A stretch of 41,911 nt of DNA from Parasitella parasitica NRRL 2501. Taxonomy: Eukaryota; Fungi; Mucoromycota. The stretch lies in the NCBI GenBank assembly GCA_025201805.1, contig MU619348.1:66927-108837 (forward strand), in the 5' to 3' direction. The notes below the pieces were generated by a model that worked only from the letters and a program-made list of their open reading frames with translations, was not told where the DNA came from and ran no database searches. A program made the translations under genes and the position numbers. Positions 11,621-22,557 of this stretch are shown in pieces. How positions within the stretch are numbered: the first letter of the stretch is position 1; each line of letters opens with the position of its first letter.

Positions 11621-13840
11621 TCAAGTCTTTTTCTTCTTCTTTTGAACAGAATTCATAGCAGAAGCAAGACTTGTAACAATCTGGTGTGCCTTGATCAAAT
11701 TATTATAATCAGGATGATTGGGTTGGGTGTGTTTCAGTAAATCTATTCAAGAATAGTAGACGTCAATTGCATGTAAATGTACACCATAGACAGCATATTT
11801 ACCCGCAAGCAGCAATCCATAACGAGCAACCCGCTGAACGGGAATGATCAAGTAGTCTTGCATTGAGAATTGGCTAGTCTCTTTTCGAGTTTGTAAGCGC
11901 TATAAAAGAGGGTTTAGTAATCATCCGAGGATACTGAGTTTGTTACACCCCACCTGTCGGTACTTGACATATCCTTCCCGGTGCTCTGTGTTATCCAAAT
12001 GTTTTCGATTGCCCTTGTAGTCCAAAGCACAGCGCAAAAACACAACAAGGTCTTCGGCCATGTCTACAAGAATGCTGCCTAGTTGCAAATTGTTGCAGTC
12101 AACGTTGCTGCATGTGTCTGCATGATCTGCTGGGGGGTTCGGGGTGGTGGAAACTACCTTGTTGACATAGTTTAGCTGAAAATGACGGAGGCGGTTGATC
12201 AGTTTCGCCGAAAATTGCATCAAATCAAACAGGTTGGCAAATATGTCTGCATCTTCGGCTTTGGCAAATGTCGACTCTTTGTTCAATGAGTAAACCAGAG
12301 CGTCGTAAAAGACCTATTTGGTGTATTGTGTCAATTATTAATATAGTATGCCATATACGGATGAAACTCACGATTTTGGTGTAATACAATTGATTCCAAA
12401 AATTAACCTCTGTAGTAAAGAATTCTCGTAGAATGAATCTACGAGTCAGTTGATATCTTTCGAGCTTGTCAGAAGACTATAAAAAATTCGGGACGGATTA
12501 GTGAATTGCTCTTATATATATAAATATATATATAAAAGCGCAAATAAACGTACCAGTTCCCTCAGAAAGCCAGAGCTAATAGCAGGCGGCCGCTGGATTT
12601 GTTCTTCCAGTGCATGATGCCATGTCATTAAAGCCTTGGCTTCACGCTTCCAGCTAGTTTTGCGATGGAGCTGGTATTTCCTTGGCTTGACAATGGCGAA
12701 TTCCAAAATAGGTTCTCTAGTAACGGGATCAAAGACGTTGGGTATATACAAATACTTGAGACTATCTTCACAGAAGGACGAATAAAGCGGGTTTGTTTGT
12801 ACAACTTCACCATTCACGGCTGCTTCTGCTGCACGAGCTTTTGCTTTTTGGCATGTCTTGAAAGCAGGCTTTTTATCGACGGGATGCGTATACTTTTTCA
12901 GCACAGACATGTGTCGAGTGTGCTGCTCGGTAATTGAAATGATGTCGTTTTCAATCAATGTCTTGGAAGACAAAGTGCTGTCACTGCTCAAGGACAAAGT
13001 ATCGTATGTGGGACAGCTGGAACGACGTCTCACACGTAAAGTAGGAGGGCTACCAGCAGAGTTGTTATCGGTACTTGAAGTACTGGGGATAGATGTCAAA
13101 CCAACAAGTGTAACATCAGAATTGCGATCAATGGAATCGGACGGACTATTAGACTGTAAAGGCTTGATGTTGGTGCTGATCGCCTCTGAATCAGAATGGT
13201 AATCTTCTACAGGAATGCTACGACTGCTAGTACTGCTTGGACGACGAAAATCATCGTAAAAATTGTGGTTGCTCAGAGAATGACGTTTTTTGCGGTTGAA
13301 CAACGGTTTGGCGTCATTGAGCTCCCATGGCGGCGGAGACACTGGAGCCTCAGGAGACCAATTGACGAGTGAAGGCATGATACGTTCAGGTGCAGTGGGT
13401 GTGTAATGCTCTTCTTGCTTATGAGCTGTCATTGCAATTGACGCTGCAGCGGTAGTCGACGAGGCATTGCCCTGAGAGTTGTTTCTTTTATGGAAAGGTA
13501 AATGGAATTTCTTGAAAGGTGAGGATGAGTCGTCAGTAAGATTCTCCACACTACTGCTAGTGCTACTGCCGGTAATCGTAGGGCTACTGGCTTTTCTCTG
13601 CAGCAATGAAGCTAAACCGACAAACGTCGAATGATGATGCTGCAGCTGAGGCACTGATGACGAAGAAGAAAGAGTAGGCAGACTATTTTGTTTTGAGGGC
13701 TTTGCATGAGCGGGGGCATCGGATTTGTGCGTAAGCAGCTGATGCCATCCCTTTTTCTTTTTGTTGAAGGATGTATTTATCGATAAATTTGGCCGATGTT
13801 GAGTTTTTAAACTATCGTCATGTTGCTGTATTGTTTGCAT
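11621..13840 (-). CDS. Dbl-homology (RhoGEF) domain protein with long Ser-rich disordered N-terminus
   Basis: Spliced C-terminal exons give RRFILREFFTTEVNFWNQL, IFANLFDLMQFS, DYLIIPVQRVARYGLLLA|DLLKHTQPNHPDY (DH conserved regions). Ends SVQKKKKKT with TGA at 11621-11623. Start taken as ATG 13840 (MQTIQQH). Confidence 0.85.
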
Positions 13841-14208
13841 CTTTTCAACTATGATGATGTGAAAAAGGAAGAGGAAGAGAAAAGAGTTTTTTTCTTTTGG
13901 CATCGGTTATAAATGTCTCTCTTGGAGCCGGCTAATTGGTTCCAAGACGTCCAGGTTTCGTCCCAAGTAGTGCTACGGTTAGCAGAAAAAATTTTCATCC
14001 CAACCCAACCAGAATAGCCTCGATCGTAAACAAGGCCAATAGCCTAAACACAGTGTTTTACAGTATCGTCAGCAAGTATAAAAATAGTAATATTATCAGA
14101 AAACGCTAGTAAACAGATCAACGGCAATTTGGGTTATTGAACGATCGTCTGTTTCAACATGGCACTTTTCCTTTGAGTAATAACCTATCACTCTGACATT
14201 CTCGTTGA

Positions 14209-14213
<5 letters not shown>

Positions 14214-14290
<77 letters not shown>
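14214..14290. repeat. Poly(T) homopolymer, 77 nt
   Basis: Uninterrupted T run seen directly. Confidence 0.95.
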
Positions 14291-14291
<1 letters not shown>

Positions 14292-14599
14292 AACGCTTAT
14301 GCAGGTTTCTCATTTAGTGTTACTTTGGCAACAATGTTCCCCATATTTTCTAAATACTTGTAAAAAATCGTAGATCCGTAAATGGATTTGTTTGAGATTA
14401 CCAATTTCGGTTTACATATTTCCAAATGTCATACCCTCGGCCAGATGATTACTAACTATCAACAAGTCATTTTTATTTTATTTTTTATTTTTTATTTTTT
14501 ATTTTTTTCAGTGTCATATGTCGTATGAATGTATCACGACTCTTTATTACAGAGGGTTTTTGCCCACATAAATACTAGCTATCCTCCTTAAGAAAACAG

Positions 14600-15020
14600 C
14601 AGAATAGAGCCATGACTTGTAATAGACACGTAAACAATGGAGCCTGATTATAATGTGACACTATTGAGTCCGCCATCACTTTTTTCCTAATTTGCCCGCT
14701 ATGCAATGTTGCTTGGTTGATCAAAATCATTATTGGGCATGAAAAAAATCAAAGACTGCAAAGAAGAGACAGATCGAAGGATATGTTGTTATTCCAGAAG
14801 TCTATGCAGTATCCCGGGATTAAAACTTGTGTATTCTCCTACCTTGTCTTCTGAGCTTGGCTCAATCGACCATTTTGGTCCCGTAGCAAAGAGTGAGGCT
14901 GTAAGTGCCATAATTTTTTTGCAGGAAGAGACACTATTAAAACGAATTACGGGAAACAAGGTCTCAGTCCGCATTCTTTACAAGCGCAGTAACAAGTGCT
15001 CGTGGAAGAGATCAGAATAA
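14600..15020 (+). pseudogene. Probable degenerate Tc1/mariner-IS630 (DDE) transposase fragment
   Basis: LKLVYSPTLSSELGSIDHFGPVAKS...FLQEETLLKRIT resembles the YLPPYSPELNPIEQFWSVVKS...FLExETLxxRI C-terminus of Tc1-like transposases. Heavily decayed, no TIRs found, boundaries approximate. Confidence 0.45.
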
Positions 15021-15075
15021 TAGTTATTTTTTTTTTTTTTTTTTTTTTATAAATCAAACAAGATGGAAAAGGTAT

Positions 15076-15243
15076 AGGTTAAATGATCATGGTCTAAGGC
15101 TATTGGAATTTAACTCAGGTCAAGTTATTGGGTCAAGGTTAATGGGGACAATTTGAGGCTAATGGCAGAGCCCAGGCTAGTGCAATTGAATCGAGGATAA
15201 TGCGGTTGAGCCCTGGTTAATGCAATTAAATTTCAGGTTAAAC
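15076..15243. repeat. Degenerate ~20-bp periodic array (9 AGGYTAATG-like anchors)
   Basis: Anchors start at 15076, 15097, 15117, 15136, 15156, 15174, 15194, 15214 and 15235. Confidence 0.7.
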
Positions 15244-15851
15244 AACGATCCTCCTTTTTTTTTTTAATAAAATTTTGGTATCAAAGAACTATGTAAGCGA
15301 CTAAAACGTAACAGCTTTGCTTGTAGTAGTTTGACCAAGGTGCAAGCGGAGCATAATCCGACATACGGTTGCAATTGTGAGAATTGATGCTATGCTACGA
15401 TTTTGCGACGGCAAGTTCGTTTGGTTACCGAGCCAATGGTTTGGGATAGAGGTCTGTTTAGCCGTGTGCATCCGTTTGTTTGTTTCGGAAGGCGGCCAAA
15501 TGAAAAGTTTGCAAACACGAAAACAAAAACAAACTCAGTGATGTTACTCTTCAAGGCGGGGGGACAGATGCATGAAACTCGATGAATATAGTTTGTTTGC
15601 TTGTCTGCCATGCTTGTGTTCCGCGAAGTCGATATTTCATTTAAAACTAGTCGCTACCAAGTCAACAACGATCTTTTATTTGAAAAATGATAATAAACTG
15701 TACACAATGAACCAAAAGGTATATATATTTATAACAAACATACGATACTGGACGCATATATATATATATATGTATATATTGCATTGCTTATCAAAAGTAA
15801 CACTAACAGTATATATCGCGATCAGCAGATTGTTTATCCTTGAAACTCTCA

Positions 15852-16559
15852 CTACAAACCGCAACAAAACAACTGTTTGAGGCTAAACTTAAACTTGCGA
15901 AGAGACGGTTGCAAATAAACTCTGCGGAATATTCGCGCCTTCGATGCTTGGCTCATCAAGTATTCAGCAGCCCAATGGTCTTCACAGAGACCCAAAGGGA
16001 TGCCAAAGTAGGCCTCACATGCACGTTCCAGATCTTCAATATCGTGCTGTAGTATCGTTCTCTTTTCATCCCAACCTGTGTAGTTCTTTTCCTCTGGGAT
16101 GTAGTACCTGAAACTAGCATTGCTTTTGTTCTGATACTGTTGCTGAGATAGCCATGTAATACCGTCCTCAAACCAAGCAAGTTCTTCTTGCTTGGTGATT
16201 TCGCAATGCTGTTTCAGTACCACTGATCGGATCACATCCATCGTTATAGGGATGTAGTACAGTTCACCTGTGGATTCAACGTGGTAGGTGGGCCTTTGGA
16301 TCAGTCCCTTGTCTGAATAGTTGAGTCTATAGCTGCAATGTTCAGTGGACGATATGGATGGTGTGGATGAGGCGGATATCTTGATTTGCTCTAGTTTTTG
16401 CTTGTATTTTCCAAATTGCTTGCTGATTGATTCTTTGGAGATCTTTTTATAATGTGGTAATTCTTCGTAGTCTACAAGATAGTCGTCGTCGTGCACTGCA
16501 GGCGTCGTGTTCTTTTTGGCACTGAATCTGCAATAGAGAGTCTTGATTGACTTGGCCAT
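15852..16559 (-). CDS. Hypothetical protein (~235 aa) ending in CCGL
   Basis: Open 708-nt ORF from aaaATG at 16559, with a pyrimidine-rich leader and an upstream TATAAA-like element. No family recognised. Confidence 0.7.
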   Translation of the reverse strand: MAKSIKTLYCRFSAKKNTTPAVHDDDYLVDYEELPHYKKISKESISKQFGKYKQKLEQIKISASSTPSISSTEHCSYRLNYSDKGLIQRPTYHVESTGELYYIPITMDVIRSVVLKQHCEITKQEELAWFEDGITWLSQQQYQNKSNASFRYYIPEEKNYTGWDEKRTILQHDIEDLERACEAYFGIPLGLCEDHWAAEYLMSQASKARIFRRVYLQPSLRKFKFSLKQLFCCGL

Positions 16560-17760
16560 TTTGAATTTTTTTTCTAATGTTTTGGTGTATTGCACAGAAG
16601 AAGACGAAGAAGAAAGCAAGAATTCAGCCCACCATAAACAGTTTATATAGTGATAAATATAAACAAAGCCTCATTCCATCGCTTTCTGCGTACTTAACAG
16701 ATGTCAATTCCTTATCGAGTAACTTGTAACACGGCCTAATTAATGATTTGTCTTGTTCTTTTTTTGGTTGCAGGAGACAGGGAAGAATGTCAATTGCCCT
16801 TTCTTTTTTTTTTAATTTAAAGGGGGGCCTTTGTTACTAATTTAAAGCTGCAGCGACAATAAAATGGATACAATGCGACCAAAAAATAGATAATACATGT
16901 GGCTCATTGTATACTCGATTTTTGCAGCCATACACTATATAGATTACTTGGCTGAAAATAACTTTTTTCTTTTTTTTTTCTATTTCAAAACTGGACAAAG
17001 CCAGTGCTACAACGAATTCCTGTGGCGGGCGAGCAGTATGTAACCACTGAATTTAATATTGTGACATTAAAAGAAGCGCGATATTCATGTAGCCAGTTGC
17101 ATGAAAAAGCCGTGGCTGTATGAATTACTATGTTTATTGCTTCCGTTAACGCCGAGAGCAATCCCAGAGTTGCTGTTACTCTTGAAGAAGGTGCTTGGTT
17201 ATTGTTCGAAATTTTCCTCTTACAATTCTATCGAGGACATGCAGACTCATCATCCATTTCTTCGCTTTGAGCTATTGCTTTGTATTTGAAACTGACATTT
17301 AAGGCCATTTCTTGGGAAGGTATTTTTGTAATGGTAAACCATCATTTTCCGTCGCAACAGTTTGTCTTGTGTGTAACTGTATTTGCACTGGGTTACATAT
17401 CAAGGATATTTATTTTGTTCATAAATCATACCTTTGATGATATGTGCTTTAATGCGTTCTTCATCAAAAATTAACAGATTAAACCAAATTATCAACTGCC
17501 TAGCTCTTTTGCATGAGGCATGATATAGATGTGGTATATGATGCAAGTAGGTGGCTATAAACATTTGTTCCAATGGATGTTTGAGCATATGCAATGTGAA
17601 TTGGCTGTGCATGTGGCACAAGATGTTACTGCAGTACATTCATACTATATGATTGCATATACTGTTGAAGGAGGTTATTGAGTTTGACAGGTTCATTACA
17701 AAGCAATGCCAGATGTCCCATTTCAAGCCTTTTCTGTGCACTGAAGTGAAGACGCATTTG

Positions 17761-17787
17761 TAATTAATTAATTAATTAATTAATTAA
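17761..17787. repeat. (TAAT)n microsatellite, self-complementary
   Basis: taattaattaattaattaattaattaa, about 320 bp upstream of the ABC transporter start. Confidence 0.85.
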
Positions 17788-18109
17788 ACACCATAGCGAG
17801 CGATCTTAAATAGCAATTAGAGCCCCCCATATTTCCATGTCATTCAAGTGAATATGCGTTAACAAAGCTACGATGAAAAGTGAGATTATACCAAAATTTG
17901 GCATCCGAGTGAGCAAGATAGTTCTCGATGAGTTTCCCTCTTCTGGTCGTCCATTGCCAGAGTACCGTACACACTCGAATGTTAAATAGGGGATCATGTT
18001 TGATTGGATGCTGGTGACTAGTAATGATGTCTTCTCTTGGATTCCTAAACACTTTGCTCTTCTTTCCTTTTGCACACCTGTTCATTTGACATTGAAGAAA
18101 AAAGTGATA

Positions 18110-21100
18110 ATGTCAATGGCCATATTTCGAGGGGGATTTTATCCCTTCCCGCCGTACATCAACGGATTCTCATATACGACCCCATTCTTTTTCATACCTA
18201 CGTGTCTACTTGCATTTGTAAGCGTAATTGGCCTCTGCCGCTACTTACATACAAAGCAAGAACCATGGCAAGATATCTCAAGCCCACTAGTATCGTCTGA
18301 CAGACGTCTCTCGCCCCTCTCCAAGCTGATTGTGTACATGTGCTGTTTAATATCCATGTCTTATCTGTTGGATTCTGCCGTAGTCGTCGCCCAAGTGTTT
18401 TTGCAGGGAGATTTGTCGACCATTTTGGTGTACTACATCGGCGCTTCCTGGCTTGCATGGACCATCAGTTTGTTATGCCTCATGGACGAATCTCACAAGT
18501 TTTCTAAATGGTACTGGCTGCAGTATGCTTTTTTCGCTTTAGCTACAATGGGCGAAACTATCATTGCATGGATGTGGACTGTTGGCATTTGTAAACCAAG
18601 ACCAGGTAAAAATTTGGCTGGATCTCTTTCTAGTAGAAGCATTGGCACTGATAGCGATTTCATAGGGACCATTTTTACTACATACGATTACATATTCTTG
18701 AGTATCTTTGTAGGTCGCTACTTTATGGAAGCGTCCGTCTTTGTGCTCTCCTTCATTCAACTCATGACAACTAAACGCCATATTCCAAACTCTGAAACTT
18801 CTCCTTTGCTTGCAAATAGAGCTAGCTATGGTGCAACGGCAAATGGCAGCAGCGACAGTACTGAGGTGATCACTACTAGCAAAGATGCCGCCAATCGCAG
18901 TGGATATCACGATTTCTGGCACAAAATTAGAAAAGTTATGCCTTACATTTGGCCCCACAACGACCGTAAATTGCAGAATTTGGTAGTCGTTTGCTTCTTG
19001 CTCATGCTTCTGGGCTTGATCATCAACGTATATACCCCATTGCAGATCGGTAGAGTCGTAGATCAGTTTAATAGAGAACCAGAGACATTTGCTTGGGCTG
19101 CTGTTTGTGCCTATGTTGCTTTCAAGTTCTTGCAAGGTGGCTCGGGGGTTATTCAAGCATTGCAGAACTGGTTATGGATTCCTATCGGCCAATTTACTAC
19201 CAGAGAAATCTCTGTAAAGTTGTTTGCCCATCTGCACAGCTTGTCATTACATTACCACATCAATCGCAAGACGGGCGAAGTATTGCGCATTGTAGACCGT
19301 GGCACCAACAGCATCGTTCAGCTGCTGTCTCAAATCGTATTCCAAATCTTTCCAGCTCTAGCCAACATATTGATCGCTGTGGTTGTTTTCTCAGTGCAGT
19401 TCTCCTTGCCGTTTGGCGTTATTGTGTTTGCCACCATGTCTCTCTATCTCTACACTACAATCACACTGACTGAATGGAGAAACTCATTTAGACGCAAAAT
19501 GAACGAGTTGGATAACTTTGCCAGAACAAAGGCTGTGGATTCGCTGCTCAACTTTGAAACTGTCAAATATTACAATGCAGAAGGATTTGAAGTCAGACGT
19601 TATGATAATGCGATCGTAGAATACCAAAAGGCTGATTACAAGAACTCTGTGTCACTCAATGTCCTCAATCTGGCCCAAAATGCCGTGATTACCGGTGGTT
19701 TATTGGCAGGATCGCTCTTGTTTGCGTATGAAGTTTCTTTGGGTAAACTCACTCCGGGTGATTTCGTTTCGTTCAATGTTTACATGATGCAGCTGTACAC
19801 ACCTTTGCATTTCTTTGGCACGTACTACCGTATGATCCAGCAGAACTTTATTGATATGGAAAAGATGTTTGACTTGTTCGATGTGGAAGAAACTGTCAAA
19901 GATGCAGAAGGAGCTGGCTCTCTCACTGTCATCGAGGGACATGTCAAGTTTGATAACGTCTGTTTTGCTTATGACAATAGGCAAACTGCCCTGAATGGCG
20001 TTTCATTTGACATCCCCAAGGGCGCCACCGTTGCGTTAGTTGGGCCATCTGGCGGCGGTAAATCTACAATACTACGCTTGCTGTTCCGGTTCTACGACCC
20101 TAATTCTGGCCATATTTACATTGATGGGCAAGATATTAGCCAAGTCAAACAAAGCTCATTGCGACAAAATATCGGCGTTGTGCCTCAAGATACGGTTCTC
20201 TTTAATGACACAATCATGTACAACATCCGCTATGGGCGCAATGATGCTTCTGATGAAGATGTGTATCGTGCCGCTAAAGCAGCACAGATTCACGATAAAA
20301 TCTTGACTTTCCCCGACGGATATGACACCAAGGTAGGTGAGCGAGGTCTTCGTCTTAGTGGCGGCGAGAAGCAACGCGTCGCTATTGCTAGAACTATTTT
20401 GAAAAACCCCCCTATTATCCTACTGGATGAGGCAACCAGTGCGTTGGATACTACCACAGAGCGCTTTATTCAAGAGGCTTTGTCCGATATGACCAAGGAT
20501 CGTACTACGTTAGTCATTGCTCATCGTTTATCGACCATCGTGAATGCAGATTTGATTTTGGTTGTGAAAGATGGAAAGGTAGTTGAGAGCGGTAGTCACG
20601 AAGCATTAATTCAGGGCGCCGTTTCTGGGCAAAACGAAGGAATTTATCATGAGATGTGGCAAAAGCAGTTGGATGATCACCATGACTTGAGCCAAACTGC
20701 CAGTGGCGATGCAACACCGAAAATTTTGGAGGAGGGCGCTACAACCTCTGTTGCTGAAGAGCCTGTCAAGGTAACCATCACAGAGCCTACCGAGGAAGAG
20801 GCTACCAAGGAAAGAGAGATTCTGCAGGAAATCGGATCGAGCACAACTGCAAACCAAAACGAACCCACCACTAGTATTGATATTGAATCAGCCGAACCAA
20901 GCAAAATTGACACAAACGTAGAAGAACCAGAAGCTAGTAAGGACAAGAAAAAACAGCTCAAGATTGACACTACAACTTCAGCTGAGGAAGATGACACCAC
21001 AGAAAGTAGCAGCGGTGGTGAGAATAAAGTCATCAAAGATAGAGACATTTCCATGACGCCTGTTGACGAAGACCAAAAGCCTTCTTCTTCTGCAAAGCCT

Positions 21101-21166
21101 TCTACTCCCCAATCTCCAAACAAATCTCGCCGTAATAGCAAGAAAAAAAGAAAGAGCAAGAAGTAA
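18110..21166 (+). CDS. HMT1: Half-size ABC transporter, HMT1/ABCB6 (heavy-metal tolerance) type
   Basis: Extra N-terminal TM domain, TMD with HLHSLSLHYHINRKTGEVLRIVDRGT and DSLLNFETVKYY, Walker A GPSGGGKST, signature LSGGEKQRVAIAR, Walker B ILLDEATSALD, H-loop IAHRLST. Probable 60-nt intron 18606-18665. Start taken as ATG 18110. Confidence 0.93.
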   Translation: MSMAIFRGGFYPFPPYINGFSYTTPFFFIPTCLLAFVSVIGLCRYLHTKQEPWQDISSPLVSSDRRLSPLSKLIVYMCCLISMSYLLDSAVVVAQVFLQGDLSTILVYYIGASWLAWTISLLCLMDESHKFSKWYWLQYAFFALATMGETIIAWMWTVGICKPRPGKNLAGSLSSRSIGTDSDFIGTIFTTYDYIFLSIFVGRYFMEASVFVLSFIQLMTTKRHIPNSETSPLLANRASYGATANGSSDSTEVITTSKDAANRSGYHDFWHKIRKVMPYIWPHNDRKLQNLVVVCFLLMLLGLIINVYTPLQIGRVVDQFNREPETFAWAAVCAYVAFKFLQGGSGVIQALQNWLWIPIGQFTTREISVKLFAHLHSLSLHYHINRKTGEVLRIVDRGTNSIVQLLSQIVFQIFPALANILIAVVVFSVQFSLPFGVIVFATMSLYLYTTITLTEWRNSFRRKMNELDNFARTKAVDSLLNFETVKYYNAEGFEVRRYDNAIVEYQKADYKNSVSLNVLNLAQNAVITGGLLAGSLLFAYEVSLGKLTPGDFVSFNVYMMQLYTPLHFFGTYYRMIQQNFIDMEKMFDLFDVEETVKDAEGAGSLTVIEGHVKFDNVCFAYDNRQTALNGVSFDIPKGATVALVGPSGGGKSTILRLLFRFYDPNSGHIYIDGQDISQVKQSSLRQNIGVVPQDTVLFNDTIMYNIRYGRNDASDEDVYRAAKAAQIHDKILTFPDGYDTKVGERGLRLSGGEKQRVAIARTILKNPPIILLDEATSALDTTTERFIQEALSDMTKDRTTLVIAHRLSTIVNADLILVVKDGKVVESGSHEALIQGAVSGQNEGIYHEMWQKQLDDHHDLSQTASGDATPKILEEGATTSVAEEPVKVTITEPTEEEATKEREILQEIGSSTTANQNEPTTSIDIESAEPSKIDTNVEEPEASKDKKKQLKIDTTTSAEEDDTTESSSGGENKVIKDRDISMTPVDEDQKPSSSAKPSTPQSPNKSRRNSKKKRKSKK

Positions 21167-21496
21167 TCATTCGCGAGCTATTTCAATCAAAAACTACCCT
21201 TATAAACATATCGTCATGAAAATCAAATAAACTTTTTTTTTGCCAGTAATTTATATCCATCTAGGAACCTGTAAATTTATATGTTATATGGCTTTGTCTT
21301 GTCGAAATACATTATCATGGCTCGCAAAAATTGCTGAAACTGCCTTTGTATTAATTAACGAAACGGCATCCAACTTGCAGAGTCAATGGATACCATCTCT
21401 CTTGCTGATTGGCCAGCCAGGCCGAAATAAATTGTCAATTCGCTGGCCAAAGCTTCCCTTGGTTCCTTTGTTTATGATACATGAAAAAATAATCAG

Positions 21497-21869
21497 ATGT
21501 ACGCGACCACCAAATTATATACTAGCATCTTGTTGATTTGTTTTATAAGCGTCGCACAAGCATTCAATATCAAAGACATAATATTCGGCAATACAGAGGA
21601 TCTAAATGACGAGCCATCTATAATTTTTGGCAGACCCATTGCCAAAACACTAAGGTCAAACAGAGCAGGTAAACAAGATCGCTGACAAACCGACAAGGTA
21701 CAGCCATACTCAATTTAACCTCATAGATATACCTTGCCAGCATTTTATCTGCGAAGAGACCGAAACCTGTGTGGCTACACCGTTTGAATGTCCCTGTCGT
21801 CTTGAAACGGAAATCAAGTGCAAGGTGGGAGACTGGTACACTTGCCTGCGGGGCGACAAATCATGCTAG
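21497..21869 (+). CDS. LCL2: Small secreted/ER Cys-rich protein, LCL2 (long chronological lifespan 2)-like
   Basis: Signal peptide MYATTKLYTSILLICFISVAQA. After intron 21669-21726, exon 2 (missing from the ORF track) gives CQHFICEETETCVATPFECPCRLETEIKCKVGDWYTCLRGDKSC*, the 8-Cys CxxxxC...CV..P..CPC pattern of LCL2. Confidence 0.75.
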
Positions 21870-22039
21870 ATCTAATAATGATATATGTAATATACGCATT
21901 ATAAATAAATGTTACAGCATTGTAGGATAACAGTGTCCATGATAAATCAGGATTATTATTTATAGAGAAAAATTGACCTTGCTTTCTTTTCCCTTTTTTT
22001 TTTTTTTTTTTTCATATATCCTCAGTCGTTCCATCTGAA

Positions 22040-22557
22040 ATGCCATATGAAATCACTTACAAGGACATTATACTCTATAAAACAGAATGCTGCAGAAACT
22101 GGGAAGAAAAGGGCCATTGCAGGTATGCGGTTGCTGTCACTTGAGTGCTCATCTATATATGTATGTATGCATATTACTGATTTTATTTTGGAGATATGGC
22201 AAGAGATGTCGCTATGCCCATGGCAGGGAAGAACTGCGTCCCATCTTGAGATCCCACCAGTACAAGACCAAGATCTGTAAGGCGTATCATGATAGCGGAA
22301 GTTGTTCATATGGTATTCGCTGTACATTCATCCATCAAATGAATTCCACTGACAGAAATCATTACAATATGGTCCCACCCATCTCGCCCGCTTCATCACA
22401 TTCATCGTTCCAATCTTCAATGGCGCAACAACAAACGCAGACGGATGCAGAATACCAACGCTACAGCGAGCTTGATTTGAACAACAACTTGCTTATTTCA
22501 AAGAATATCATGGAAGATATCTTTGATTTATCCTCTTACGAGCCACAACAACATTAA
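22040..22557 (+). CDS. Tandem CCCH zinc-finger ARE-binding protein (TIS11/ZFP36/Cth1-2 family)
   Basis: MPYEITYKDIILYKTECCRNWEEKGHCR|YGKRCRYAHGREELR...YKTKICKAYHDSGSCSYGIRCTFIH gives two Cx8Cx5Cx3H fingers with YKTE/YKTK lead-ins. Intron 22123-22193 with an unusual GAG acceptor. Confidence 0.9.

Noticed and set aside
15076-15243. Repeat-spacer pattern superficially like a CRISPR array
   Set aside because: Anchors are only ~9 nt and degenerate, spacers ~11 nt, no cas genes, and the host is a eukaryote.
17996-18109. 38-codon upstream extension of the HMT1 ORF
   Set aside because: Looks like promoter/5' UTR sequence (pyrimidine-rich, then A-rich before ATG 18110); no targeting-peptide character.
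18539-21159. Antisense ORFs (205 aa, 160 aa and others) overlapping HMT1, and similar ones over VTC4, PEX5 and the orphan gene
   Set aside because: Expected shadow frames of real coding sequence; no independent motifs.
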